A DNA stretch of 62,384 bases, counting the filler, from Sphacelaria rigidula (taxonomy: Eukaryota): assembly GCA_964200075.2 (NCBI GenBank). It is 9 parts of 9 records of this genome, joined end to end, with 100 filler letters (N's around TTAATTAATTAA, not from the genome) between each part and the next. Parts side by side here need not be neighbours in the genome. Positions count along the whole stretch, not along the records: positions 34,716 to 41,558 come from CAXNAA020017810.1; positions 41,659 to 48,500 come from CAXNAA020017811.1; positions 48,601 to 55,442 come from CAXNAA020017812.1; 6 more parts are not named here. One strand, given 5' to 3'. Below the pieces are notes generated by a model. That model saw nothing but the letters and a program-made list of their open reading frames with translations. It had not been told where the DNA came from and searched no databases. Every line of letters begins with the position of its first letter. Position 1 is the first letter of the stretch. A program made the translations under genes and the position numbers. Of this stretch, positions 38,394 to 50,413 are shown piece by piece.

Positions 38394-39772
38394 CTTGGAA
38401 GGCAGGCGATCTTCCAACGGGCCATCGGCGATATCTCCCTCCTCGGCGCCGGCAGCGGTCTGCGGCACCGACGTCAGTGCATCTGTTGCAAGATCCGCAG
38501 CTGGGGATGAACGAAAATAACTTGTGTCGGTAATCGGAACACATTCTTCATTCTTTCTTGGCGCACTAGTTATCGCCCGTGGGATGATCGTCTCCCGTGC
38601 AGCTCCTAGCCTACGTTCTGCGGACAGCGAAAAGTGCAAACTGCTTTGCACACTTGTAACATAGTAGCTGCACTATTGCCCTATTCTGTCCATACATACC
38701 GTTGCCCCTGTACGTGATCATTACCGTGCAACGCAGTTGTTGTTGTTGTTGTTGTTGTCTTCACATTAAAAACCGTTCCGATATCTGCGCGGTACATTGG
38801 TACAGGGCATCTTATGCGGACGCCTTCCGTGGTCACAGGCTAGCAGAAGAAACCAAAATAAAATAAAATAGATCCAGAGCAACGCAGTACAGTGGGGAAA
38901 TAAATTTCAAACTTGAGCAAAATGCACGAAATAGAATTCAACCAACTCGTCCGGATGTACTGTTGTGGCTAGTTGTGGTATGGGGCCAACTCCTTTCGAA
39001 ACAAATTTGTATTGATCAAACACAACCGTGTTCAAGGGGGCGGCGGGAGCCGCGAAACCATTGTTACTGTTGTGTACTCTTGTACTCTACTGCAAATGCG
39101 TGGCATAGTTGGTGTTTACCCAAAACATGTACAGCTGATGTGCAGACGCCGCACCACTGCGGGACAGTACAACTGCCGTTTAGATTTGCATGTGCAAAAA
39201 GAGCAACGGGCGGTGAAACACGATTTATTGCTCAACGGTTATTTGAAAGAGCTGGGGAGCGCTGCCGATACTTTGAGGTTGCCGAGAAGGGTTCATCAGA
39301 TACCGGAACATCGTGCATATATTTTCGACGTGATAGCTCACAAAGGTTTGGGAGTCGATTGAAGACATAGGTAAAGCATGTACCTTCGACGTGTTTCCGT
39401 TTCCTTACAGCGGGGGGAGTCGTGACGAAACCTCGAGAGACGGCATCAACTTTTCGAAAAAAAGGTGTATCTCCCAACTAAAAAAAATGCTTTCATCCAC
39501 CTCTCACGCTGTTACTGACCTACTGGTGGAAAATGCGCCGCCGCTACAGGCTTGGGAATAGGCTTCCGGGCAGCCCTCGGTGCCGCTTTGCGCTTCGGAA
39601 CAGGCTTAGGCTTGGGCGGAGGCGGAGGCAAAGGTTCCGCGTCGTCTCCCTCTCCTCCATCTGCTCCGTAGTCAATAGTTGACGAAAACTGCTTCAAATC
39701 CTCAACAGAGAATTCCGCGGATGCTGCAGCACACATTGGGCAAGTGCAGTCCAGAGATCGTTTGCAATCCAT
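38394..39772 (-). CDS. First two exons (39520-39772, 38394-38500) of a gene; possibly the N-terminus of an XMAP215/CKAP5-like TOG protein
   Basis: ATG at 39772. Donor G|GTCAGT (phase 1) joins acceptor CCCCAG|CT in frame, and the second donor is AAG|GTATTT. Peptide MDCKRSLDCTCPMC...PPPPPKPKP...GPLEDRLPSK; the last motif resembles the LPxEDRLxHK(NWK) start of TOG1. The family assignment is tentative. Confidence 0.7.
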
Positions 39773-40247
39773 GACGCTGACTCACCTCGTCGGTAGAGCA
39801 AAGTGCGTGTGGTATATATTTCCAATTTCAAACCTTTGGCTTTGTCAGCTACCCAGTCGCCGTTGAGCTTCGATACCAAGAGCGTGTAATTCAAACAGTA
39901 CAACAGTACAGTACTTACCACAGTCATTATCACAGTCTGGAAAGGTTTCAGTAAACCTAAACCTTTCCTGTCATGCTCCAACAGTCGTACCAAGGAAAAG
40001 GTACACGAAGCAGGTTTTTGAGGTCTGTTTAGGGTACAGTAAAGCATGCGATTCGCAGTCCCAGCCGTCCTAGCCAATTTCGACTTTCCCACGCTAGCGT
40101 GTTCGACGCTTGGTGATGCTTTGCACCTCGTTGTGTTTTAACTATCTCTAGATTATCGTTGCTCTGTTATCGAGTGCAGAGTTTGCAGTGCCGTGCGCAG
40201 GAAGCTTGGATGTCAATCGTAAACCCAGGCTACTAGTCGTGAGCAGG
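39773..40247. promoter_or_regulatory. Putative bidirectional promoter / 5' UTR region
   Basis: 475 bp between two divergent ATGs (39772 minus, 40248 plus), with no repeat I recognise. Confidence 0.45.
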
Positions 40248-40940
40248 ATGGAGTCGCTCTTGAAAATTGCCGACGACCTGCACGACGGACTCCGACAGGT
40301 GAAGCCGTCACTGACAATACAACAACATGAGCAGATCAATGATCTCTTGCTAAGCGAGGACGGCTTCCTGCTACAGGCGTTGCACCTCAGTGTGGATATG
40401 AGCGAGAGCAAATTGGACGACAGCTGTCGACAGCTGTCGGGCCGGTTAACTATGGACGTTGCTTCCCCGGCGTCTTGGGCAGGGTTCGTTGTCCAGGCCC
40501 TGTCGAGATTGCTAGCTAAGGGTGAATACGACAAAGTGCAATTTATATATCACATCTGGCATGTTGCTCTGGCAGCGGAGGAGACGCATGATGGAGTGGG
40601 GAAAGCTGTCTTAAGGAGGTGTATAAGTAGCCTTGCTTATGGTGAAGATTCACCACGGGAGGCTGGGCTCAAACTGCCTGGCTCGGTGCTACTGGTCCTG
40701 ATGGATTTCGCAGTAACCAGACTTCGTTCAAACGGCAACCCCCCAACTGCCGCGGACCTTGATTTAGATGGAGAAAACGTGGTACTTCCCCCTTCGCGTG
40801 CGGGATTCGCTCTAGCAATAGAAGCGGCAGCTGTCACCATGAGCATGATCCAGCACGAGGAACGACGAACACGTCACAGCATCCAACGTACACAAGCTGG
40901 TGCCGATCATCGTGACTGGCGATGGGATCTCCATGCCGAA
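40248..40940 (+). CDS. Probable first exon (231 aa) of a helical protein of unknown function
   Basis: Long open frame MESLLKIADDLHDG...RWDLHAE with protein-like Leu/Ala-rich composition, ending at a strong donor GAA|GTAAGA. Confidence 0.75.
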
Positions 40941-41694
40941 GTAAGAGTTCTTGATTGAAGCACACGAGTGTTACTGGACTGAAAACTGGACTAAAATTGC
41001 CAGGGATGTGCACGGATTAACCCTTTGGGAACCCTCCCCTCCCGTCCCCGGGCCAGACGCCTCATTATGAGAAGCCCTGACAAAGAAGAAAATATGGAAA
41101 CAGAAAAGACTGACGGCAACCATTTTCACTGTGGAGGACCAAAGAAGATTCCAGACGCACGTACCAAAAATGAAATCCCGGAATGGTCCAGTTGGGTTTG
41201 TCCAATGATAATGATATCACGCGACGGGCGAAGTGTGTCCAATTGTGTGCATCGACGAAACTCTCGCAAAACGGTACAAACTCCTGTACATGTGATTTTC
41301 GTCAGTAAAATCTGTGAAAAACCTCAATTCGAGGTCGGTGCACCAATACGTCACATTAGTATACTTGAAATTAGAGTCGCGCACTATTATACTTGAAATT
41401 AGAGTATTGCACCGTTTCGGCGGGCTGCATCATCAAGAGTCGGCAAGCTTAGGAACCCACACTATACGGCCGGCGACAGTGATATGGCGGAGCACGTGAA
41501 AATCCCGTCGCCCCATGTGGAAGCGCTAAAGAGCGACCCATATGCAATTCACGTTCAGNNNNNNNNNNNNNNNNNNNNNNNNNNNNNNNNNNNNNNNNNN
41601 NNTTAATTAATTAANNNNNNNNNNNNNNNNNNNNNNNNNNNNNNNNNNNNNNNNNNNNAAGCAAAAAATGAGAACGCCCCCCCCCCCCCTATCG

Positions 41695-42700
41695 GAGGAT
41701 GACTCATCTGACAATCAGGACGAGGATGGAGCAGCGTCATGGCATGAGCCACCAGATCCTTCGCTGCCGCCCACGCCTGCAGCCTTCCTTCCATCCACGA
41801 TGCAGCCTTCTTCGGAAACCCCATATTTGGACTGGACCACTCCACCTCTAAATTCTGTAACACCAACCCGAGCGCCAAAAGAGCCGCCATGCACAATGTC
41901 AACAAACTCGGCTTCACTGGATCGTACCGCCGCGGCTTTGTCTTCACCGTGGACGCCCCAGGGTCTGGCTGAACACGCATGGGCTCCACGCGCGCAGGGG
42001 GATCACCCCGCAGCGCACGACGAAACGCGTTGACGCGGCAATGCAATTTGCCGCGCAGGCGCTCCGCTTTTGAGACGCTGAGGTTTTTCGCCCCAGCATC
42101 TGTCACGCTCTCCTCCAGCGCGACTTTCCGAGCGGACTCCTCTTCCGCGGGATCAATGAATATCTCCGGGCCGCGCTCTACCACGCGTTCCACCGCCGCA
42201 TCCCGCTCCTCGGTCACCTGCCCTGCATCCTCCTGAACAGCATCCACCGACAAGCTCACGCGACGACTGCCCAAAACGGCGGGCGTCTCCAAGCGTGGAC
42301 CAGGCGGAGTCATCCGCGTCTTCATGGAGTCCCACAACCGCCGAGCGTTGATTCAATATCCTGAAGCATCGGCAACCCCAGAAGAATAACGCCATCCGAC
42401 CCTGGCATGATCGCAAACGAGATCGGGGGCAACTGCGCCGGCCCCCAGGAACTCATCAAAGTCAGCTGCAGCGGAACAGTGCGCTCTGTGACGTAAACAT
42501 GCTGACCCGACGCGGTAACGGCCTGCCGCGTCCCGAGCGACAACGGAGTGCGCAGCAGCACACCCGGGAGAAGACGCTCCAACATCTCTACAATCTGTAC
42601 CGACAGACTCACATGACCCGTCCAGTGGGCGCCAGAACCTCATATAGCCTGTACCGCAATGGCTCCCCGCGCCCGGGGATTCGGAAGATATATCTCTGCA
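41695..42700 (-). pseudogene. pol: Pol remnant: inactivated aspartic protease plus RT N-terminus fused to the RT/RNase H connection
   Basis: VQAI*GSGA (degenerate LDSGA active site) ... VILLGLPML; then FRRALRGDPPARVEPMRV..KPRRY..WSSP (Gypsy RT start) directly followed by AWAAAKDLVAHAMTLLHP. Confidence 0.8.
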
Positions 42701-42944
42701 GGAATATATTTGCCTTGACACTCAACCGGCACCTGCTCCGCTGACTGATTGTTCGTGATCCCCACTTGGCGTCACGGCTGCGCGTGCGGCGGAGGCAGAG
42801 ACGCCCCCGCTGGGGTCACCGGCACCGCCGGCGGGTACGAAGCCCCGCCCGCAGAACCAAATTGCAGCGGTACTCCGGCCGACGAGCAGCGGATCCAAAT
42901 TTCAGCTGAAATCCGGCCGGCTCCGCAGTGGGCTTCTCGCCTTG

Positions 42945-44024
42945 CTATACTGCCCGCGGCGCCAGCATTGAGCCCGACACTAGAGAGGTCGGTCCGACCT
43001 GCACCGCCCGTTGTGGAGCAGCAGTCCCTGCGGCTGAGCCGGACCCAGAACCGGACCCTTGCTGACGCCGCTGCCCCTGCTGCTGCTGTTGGGAACTCGA
43101 CTGTACACCTCCACCGCTGGAGGATCCACCTCCGCCACCACCCCGATTACCTTTCCTTTCTTTGTGACTGCGAGGGCGCGCGGCACTCGTCTGCCCAGAC
43201 TCCCCCTCAGTAGGCGTTGGGCACTTCCGTGCGATGTGGCCTACCTGGCGACACTGATAGCAAGTAATATTGGCGGCGGCACTGCCTGCGGATTTTGATC
43301 CGCGGTTATGCGAGCTCGAAGACTGCGGCGGCAAAGTGGATGATTTTCCGAATACTTCGACCCGCCGCCATGCCTGAGTTTCAGACACCACGGTATCCAT
43401 AACTAAATACGGGTCTAACTTCCAGTTTGTTTCGTGCTGTAACTGCACAAGCACGGCCTGCTTAAATTCCGCCGGTGCCAGACCCTCCAGCACCGCTTTC
43501 GTGACCACCGCAGCGGGCCCTGGGCGGAATTTCCAATCGGAGGAACGATAAACCATCTCTACGTTGGGGTTTTCCGAAAAATATGTCTCCAACTTACCCA
43601 TGATGGACTCCACCCTATCACGCATGGTCCTCCCCTTGTAGTTCATTGCGACAGCCCTCGCCACGGCGGCGGACGCCTGTGTAAGCTCTACCTCCGCGCC
43701 TGCCGCATGCCCTGCGTGCTTCTTTATCGCTGCGGCCAACTGCAGCGGCGTTATGGTATGATTTTCATGCAGTCTTCTCGCGAAGACGCGTTGGAGGGGG
43801 GTAGGCACGAGTTGCGCCATGGAAACCATCTGATGCCTCACCGCACCCCCCGCATTCGTATATTCCACCCTCTTCTTGTATTCCACGTATTTCGTGTAGA
43901 ACGAACGAGAAGTACCCTCAGAATACATATTCCCGTGACTGGGCGGCCGCAACTCTTCCCTTAGAACGACTGGAGTGACAGTCGCCTCCGCTGGCTCTAT
44001 TGCCGGTACCTCGGTAGTCGACAT
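42945..44024 (-). CDS. gag: Retrotransposon Gag with CCHC zinc knuckle
   Basis: About 360-aa open frame from MSTTEVP, containing CYQCRQVGHIARKC (Cx2Cx4Hx4C) followed by a Gly/Ser/Gln-rich tail. Confidence 0.88.
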   Translation of the reverse strand: MSTTEVPAIEPAEATVTPVVLREELRPPSHGNMYSEGTSRSFYTKYVEYKKRVEYTNAGGAVRHQMVSMAQLVPTPLQRVFARRLHENHTITPLQLAAAIKKHAGHAAGAEVELTQASAAVARAVAMNYKGRTMRDRVESIMGKLETYFSENPNVEMVYRSSDWKFRPGPAAVVTKAVLEGLAPAEFKQAVLVQLQHETNWKLDPYLVMDTVVSETQAWRRVEVFGKSSTLPPQSSSSHNRGSKSAGSAAANITCYQCRQVGHIARKCPTPTEGESGQTSAARPRSHKERKGNRGGGGGGSSSGGGVQSSSQQQQQGQRRQQGSGSGSGSAAGTAAPQRAVQVGPTSLVSGSMLAPRAV

Positions 44025-44589
44025 GCTCGAGCGGAAAATCGAAGATTTCTGAACCTTCTCGAACTTAAAATTCATACCTGCCTTCTCCGCCGCTCCACAC
44101 AGCCCTGGGGTTCCTATTAACACCCGCTGCACGCAGCTCCAGCAAGTCTCCAGTCTGGACCAACCACGGGCCAGCCACCTTTGCAGCTACCTCAGCTTGA
44201 AACCTCCTCACGCGCCCGTGAAGCTATATGCTCGAAGCTCTCACAAGCTGTCCAGATTCCTACCCGCTAAAACATTTCCAGCAGTCTCCTGACGATAGCA
44301 CTCCTAGCACTCCTAGCACTCCTAGCACAAATATCGATATTGTGACGCCAGCAGGTTGCTAGTATTGCAGCGTCTAAATGGTGTTGAGGGACTCCCCAGT
44401 TTCACTGGCCTCAAGGTCTCAGTTGTCAGCCTTCACAGCACCTTATCATTCCCGGAGTAGACAGCTGCAGCTCCGTACCGTCAGGTCTGGGCTACACAGC
44501 AAGGCTCATCATCCACAGGATACCCTTGTCCCCTGGTCATCATCCAGGATCCATTATATACTCAACGTGACGGCGTGATCGCCACACTA

Positions 44590-47500
44590 CCGTAGGTTGC
44601 ATACGATACCTCACTTACATAAGATGCGACACCCCTGTAAAAAATATACACAATACCACACCCGTGTGCTATCTTTTTGGGTGCCGAAATGATCACTTTT
44701 TTATCACACGGTGACTTAAGATATCACACCCCTAGGGTTTAGCCGCATATCATCCACGGATCCCCTGATTTATCACACGGGTGTGATCGCCCCTGAGCAA
44801 GCACACAAACAAGCGAACACAACCTGCGGGCCACGATGGTGGAGACCGGCAATATCATGAAGAGAGATGCAGCATCTAACCCTGCTGAAAGTACCGCGCC
44901 TCACACTGCGGTGGGCCAGACTCCAGCAGCTACTTCACGCTCCATAGCGTCGTTTTTTCAACCCGCTGCACAGGAAAGTGTGCCCCCTGCTGAGAGTGCC
45001 CCAACGACCGTGCATGACACCACATGCACTGGTGAGGCTTGCACATCAGAATCCCCAGCAGCCAATCCGGTAGTACCCGCTGCACCTGCCTGCGCACGGG
45101 CTGCAGAGGCTCGCACAGGAAAACCTACTGCTGCTGAGACTCCTACAGCATCCGCTGCGCCTGCCACCGCACGTGCTGCTGAAATCCCTACACCACCGCC
45201 CACAACGGGGAAGCCGGCCACACCTCCCGCCACCGAATCTACAAGCGCGTCCACAGTTGAGAACTACGCAGCAGCACTCCATTGCGCTGACCCCTCATGC
45301 AGCAGGAAGGCCTTGTGGGCTGAACCAGAAAAGGCGAACCCGGAGTTTTGCGGCGTGCACGCGAACTCTGGTGACATCTACATTCAATCAAGGTGTGCGG
45401 AGTGTCTCTTCTCAGCCGCGTTTCGATGTACTGTATGTCTACCTGTGTGCATATGTGTTTTTGAGTTCACATGGCCTTGGCTGACCGAAATCAATTTCAT
45501 GTGTGATTTTCACATGCTGCTGTCTGGCTCGCATTTTCGCTCTTGTGAACGGTACCAAAGCGACACACTTGGTTACAAGACAAGACTACCGGTATATTAG
45601 CTTGTTCTGTGAGTAAGTGCGTTTTGTGATCTCTCTTTTTGACCTCACCAAAAACAGTGAGAAAACGTTGCAACCACTTGCGCCAGTACCACCTTCAGGC
45701 TTTGCCCCGCTTTGTGCCAGATAATCAGGAGGTGTCGTTAGCTCCCTTATCAGTCTGTATACCTTATTTTCTGGTAATCGTTCTGTGAGCTTTTTGAGTC
45801 CTGTTCGATAATCAACAACTTTCAGCATATCTTGTCTCGTGGTCGTTCAAGCTCGCACATCCGTACACACACTGCACTCCATCGCGTGTGCGTTACTTTT
45901 GTCATTACATCGAAATGCACCCCTTTTTCAGGAGACCACGGCTGCCTCAAGCTTCGACCACAGCAACCCGAGCGGCGCCCGTCGGCGACACTATGTTCCC
46001 TGGAAAGTCTGAAGAGTGGACAGATGGTTTCGGTGGGTCTCTCGACGGCGTGCCGGCGGAGCGCAAAGGCAAGAGGAAAAAGAGCAGCTGGAGATGGAGC
46101 CGCCGGACTTTCCGATTGAGTTTGGTGGTGGCCAGAAGCGCAAGCGGTACGCGTTGGCTTTCAAAGTGAACGCGATTAAGTACGCGACCAAAAAAAGCCC
46201 AGGGGCGCTCGGGCCGGATGTAACTATCGGCATATCGTATGCTACGAGGGTGCTGGGGATTCCTGAGAAGGAGAAGGTCACACTTTCCGCCTGGATAAAG
46301 GACCACGAAAAGTATGAGAAGGAGCTGGAACGGGCGGACAAGCTCGGGGCCAAAGCCGGAGTATTAAGTCGTTGAACACCGGCAGGGTCAGGTCAAACGC
46401 GGAACGTCTGGATCAACGATCTTCGCACCGATGAGACCTCTGCCCGCGTCTCGACAAGGATGATCAAGAGGAAGGCTGTTTCAATCAACCCGCTTTTTTT
46501 CGGCCCGAGTCCTGCAGCGAATGACCTGGAGGGCAGCAAGAAGTACCGCAACAGCCAGACTTACTGGTGCAGGAGGTTGTTGAAGAAGTACCCTGTCATT
46601 GCGGGTGGTCACTCGACAAGGCCAGAAACTACCTTCCGGGTGGCCTGCGATTGCCATAAAGGCGGTGAAAGATTGGAGGGCGCTTCGTCACGGAGGCATC
46701 GACGGGGAAGAGCAGTGTACGGAGGGGGCAGCGAACAGTGGGCCGTCGGAACCACCTCTGCTGTTCTCGGACGAACAGTGTTACAACATGGACGAAACCC
46801 CCCCGTGGATGGAGCCAGCTGCCAAGTCAACGATGGCGGTAAGAACGATGGTGCTGTGTCATACACTTGTGCTCTTCTTTTCACTCTAGCCTCCTGTAAC
46901 TTGTTCTTACCTTCCATCGTTTCCCTTGTCACTGTATGCAGTGGGCATTGTGCCAACATCTTCCTGCCGTAGGACTCAGTGTCCAGGCAGTAGCTCTCGA
47001 TGGCATAGGTTTTGTGCTGTGGCTGCGCGCGAAATCCTTCGACGGCCGCCTGCATCACGACTGTTTTGCGATATCAACACGTTCCCTTGCACATAAAGAG
47101 GTATCATGGCCGATCGACGAATGCATTTTTGTCTTCGCGTTTGCTTTCCATTTTCTCCCCGTTTCTTCTACTTGTTGCAGCACACCGGTGATAAGGAGGT
47201 CGGCATCAAAACCGGTGGCAAGGAAAGGTTGCGCATTACTGCCGTTCTTGAAGCGAACATGAATGTTAAGAAGCTACGGGGGATGCTCATCTTCAAGGGC
47301 AAGGCCACGGCGCCGGGGAAAGCTCCGGCTGCCAACAGCATCGAGCGAGAATTCAAGGTGTACAAGGACAAGAAGGGGAAGGTATACCCGCGGGGTCTTG
47401 TATACGCCGTGGAAGACAAGGCGTGGCACACACAGCGGGTGTTCAAGGACGTTTGGTTGCCCCAAGTGTGGAACCGCCGCCCGGGGCGGGAGGGGGCCGT

Positions 47501-48500
47501 AGGCAACTACCTTCATCAGCCGGACACGCTGCTAGCGTGGGACGACTACACCGTGCACAAGATGGACCTGTGCAAGGTTGCGATGGAAAAGTCAAACACG
47601 ACGCTGTTTCTCATCCCCGGAGGTCTGACGCCCAAGATGCAGCCTTGCGATGGGCTCATCAACAAGCTTTTCAAGTTCAACATGTCCAAGCAGTACGATG
47701 ACTACGTGGCCTCCAACGACGCTGTGCGCAACGACCGCGGTTACCCGGACCCCCCGTCAAGGGGGTTGCTCGCGCAGTGGGTGAAAAAATCGTGGGATGA
47801 GGTGGACACTGAGAGCACCCGTTCGAGCTGGAAGAAGGCTGGTCTGCTTCTTCCCTTCGACGGATCTGAAGACGAGGCGTGGGCCAACATGGAGCTCAAC
47901 GCTGATGCTCAGGGAAGGCCGTTGACAAAAGACGGCGACGCGGCGGCTGCCGGCGGGGAGGAGGCCGGTTCAGCGGACGGGGATAAGCCACCGTTGAAGA
48001 TGGCCGACTTGTTGGAGGTGTTGGAAATTGATGACGATGACAGCACGGGTAGGGGTGCGGACGACAGCAGTGACCTGGAGATTGAAGTCGTGGCAGACTT
48101 GTCGAAGCAAGAAGTTGTTTGCGTAGACTGAGTGTCTTTGTTCGGGTGCGTCCTTTCCACTGCATGTGATGTCAATTTGTGCACACTTTCGTCGAGTGAA
48201 CCACGGCTACGACTGCTGCGGTTTGAGCAACATAGAGCTCAACGGCGTATTTCATCCTTTCTTAAGTTGTTCGGACGGTCCGGTATTTTACCCTTTTTGT
48301 AGGAGGTTGCTAGCTTGGATTGAGCTGTAAGCTCGTCTGACAGGCTTCGTTCATCTTGTTGATTCGTTTATCATGCAATTTGACAAAGTGTTGTAGTTTT
48401 TTCATCGTGCGGATACGGTCGTGCAGTAAACAACAAATTGTGAGAATTGAGGTTTAACTTCGAGATGAGGCTCAAGCCTAAAACAGTGCTTTCCCCACAC
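44590..48500 (+). mobile_element. pogo-superfamily DNA transposon; candidate left end TA|CCGTA, right end not in the contig
   Basis: TA at 44588-89 followed by CCGTAGGTTGC. Subterminal TATCACAC repeats at 44702, 44722 and 44771. A transposase gene lies downstream. Confidence 0.65.
44836..48131 (+). pseudogene. Intron-containing pogo (DDE_1, DD35D) transposase with several frameshifts. Exons 44836-45392, 45932-46838, 47181-48131
   Basis: [17 protein letters not shown] (N-terminal HTH); [38 protein letters not shown] (CENP-B HTH); YNMDETP (D1); splice MA|HTGDKEVGIKTGGKERLRITAVL; LLAWDDYTVH (D2); IPGGLTPKMQPCD (D3, 35 residues after D2). Frameshifts near 46080, 46360-46410 and 46590. Confidence 0.93.
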
Positions 48501-48643
48501 NNNNNNNNNNNNNNNNNNNNNNNNNNNNNNNNNNNNNNNNNNNNTTAATTAATTAANNNNNNNNNNNNNNNNNNNNNNNNNNNNNNNNNNNNNNNNNNNN
48601 AGAACCACACCCACCCCGCGGGGGGGGCTGCCGACCGAAAAGG

Positions 48644-48697
<54 letters not shown>

Positions 48698-50137
48698 GGA
48701 AGGACTGAGCCGGTGGGTGCGCGCTTCCCGTCCTCTGTTGCGGCGGTGTGCCGCCCGTTGTGCGTCCATAATTCGTGAACATGCGAACCATTGCCTGTTG
48801 GCGAGTGACGACGTTCCAATGTATCTACGTAATGTCTTCTTGTGGTCAGCCCGGCGACCGATTTGCCCGGTGTCTTCTCTTCCAAAGGTCGAAACTCTGA
48901 GTGTGCGCCTACGGATCGTACAAAAAATTGCGAACACGGGTGTGGTGAAGGCTTGCGTATACAGTCTCCCCAAGTCGAAACTGCGCTATATTATTGCCTC
49001 GTGCAGGCCTGATTTGTTGGCGAACTGATCGAGTGGTCTATGTTGTTTGTGCCGCATTAGTGACATTTTCGTCTGTAGATTACATGCGAGTGCTTCTTAC
49101 AAATTATTCCTGCCCACGAAGTGATTGTTCATATAGCACATCATCTGCTCATGAGCACTTCCTATGGTGGATCTCTGCTGGTGGGTCACTTGGATGTCTG
49201 TGACTTACCCAGTTTGCCACTGCTCTTCGTACCCGGTTACCACAAACAAATTGGAGCACGTGTGCGGCGCAAACTGTTTGGTGCTCCAATATCCGTTCGT
49301 GCATAGAGCCCAAAACGAGAATGTGCTGTACGTATGCTGTGCACATCCGGCGATACTTGTGAATCCACAACACTATACCAGTTATAACCAGTTACAAATC
49401 GTGTTTAATCTCGAATGGGCTGGAAAATGGAAACACCTTATGGCTCACGCGTGCCTGTAGCCCTCCGGAGTCAGCACGGTGCTACAGCCCCACGACGAAC
49501 ACCGCACACGATAGCAGTGTCGTTGGACCTTTGCTCAGATGTGTACAATACTACACGGTACACACACTGTGCATAACATATATGTGCGCCGATATGTCGC
49601 GTTGTACTGCTGTTTGATCGCGAGATGTATCGTCGGAGCCCAATGATCATGAGTGGCCGGCCATGTGTTAAATCGCGTTGATGTGTTACGGTGTGTGTGC
49701 CTCGCTGAACAAACACTCATCCCTCTTACATATGCATAACGGTGTGCGAGAATTCAGGCGGAGCCGGTACATAGTAGTAGCCCAGTAAAGCCGCCGTGAT
49801 TCAACTCAGTAGTGCTCGCGATGAAAAATAAAGGCAAGCACGGCAGAAGGAAGGTGGAGTACTAAAAACAAAAAAACAAAAAAAATGTGTTGACTTTCCT
49901 TGTGTGTGACCCCGGCTGGTTCGTCCACATATACCGAAAGGTGTAGACCGGGGTCCAGAATAGATTGGACGACAACATACAACACACACAGTGCACGAAT
50001 CGCCGATACCGCACGCGGGTACACCTGAAATGCAAGAGCAAAACATTCAATTCCGTTCCGGCGTGATCGCACGGATCGACGTGATCGCACGTGGGAGCGA
50101 AAAACAAATCCGAATCATTGATGAAACGATTGCACAG

Positions 50138-50413
50138 GGATGGGATGACGCACATACGCACATATTCCCGTGGTTAGCTCAGCGTGGCAACTGTACTGGG
50201 GCCGTTGTGCCTAAACAAGGCACACTGTCCTATGAGATCGAATTTGAATCTTCACTTGTAGTAGACGAATCTGCACAAGCTGCACAAAATTCATCATGTG
50301 GACCAACTCGTGCTGAACATCCGGAGCCCACCATGTCAGAACAAGGTAAAGCTGAAAACGGGCAAGTTCCACACAGCTTTTATACACAAGCTGCACCACG
50401 TGGGCCTGCGGTG
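50138..50413 (+). CDS. Candidate internal exon (92 aa), unknown protein
   Basis: TTGCACAG| acceptor and GTG|GTGAGC donor, phase 0-0, open frame GWDDAHTHIFPWLAQRG...SYEIEFES...RGPAV. Confidence 0.4.

Larger units (their letters stand above)
41695..44586 (-). mobile_element. Decayed Ty3/Gypsy-type LTR retrotransposon (candidate 5' LTR, gag, protease, RT remnant), 3' truncated
   Basis: Order is gag(CCHC)-PR-RT-connection with no integrase between PR and RT, so it is not Copia. The candidate LTR begins TGTGGCG on the minus strand at 44586. Confidence 0.85.
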
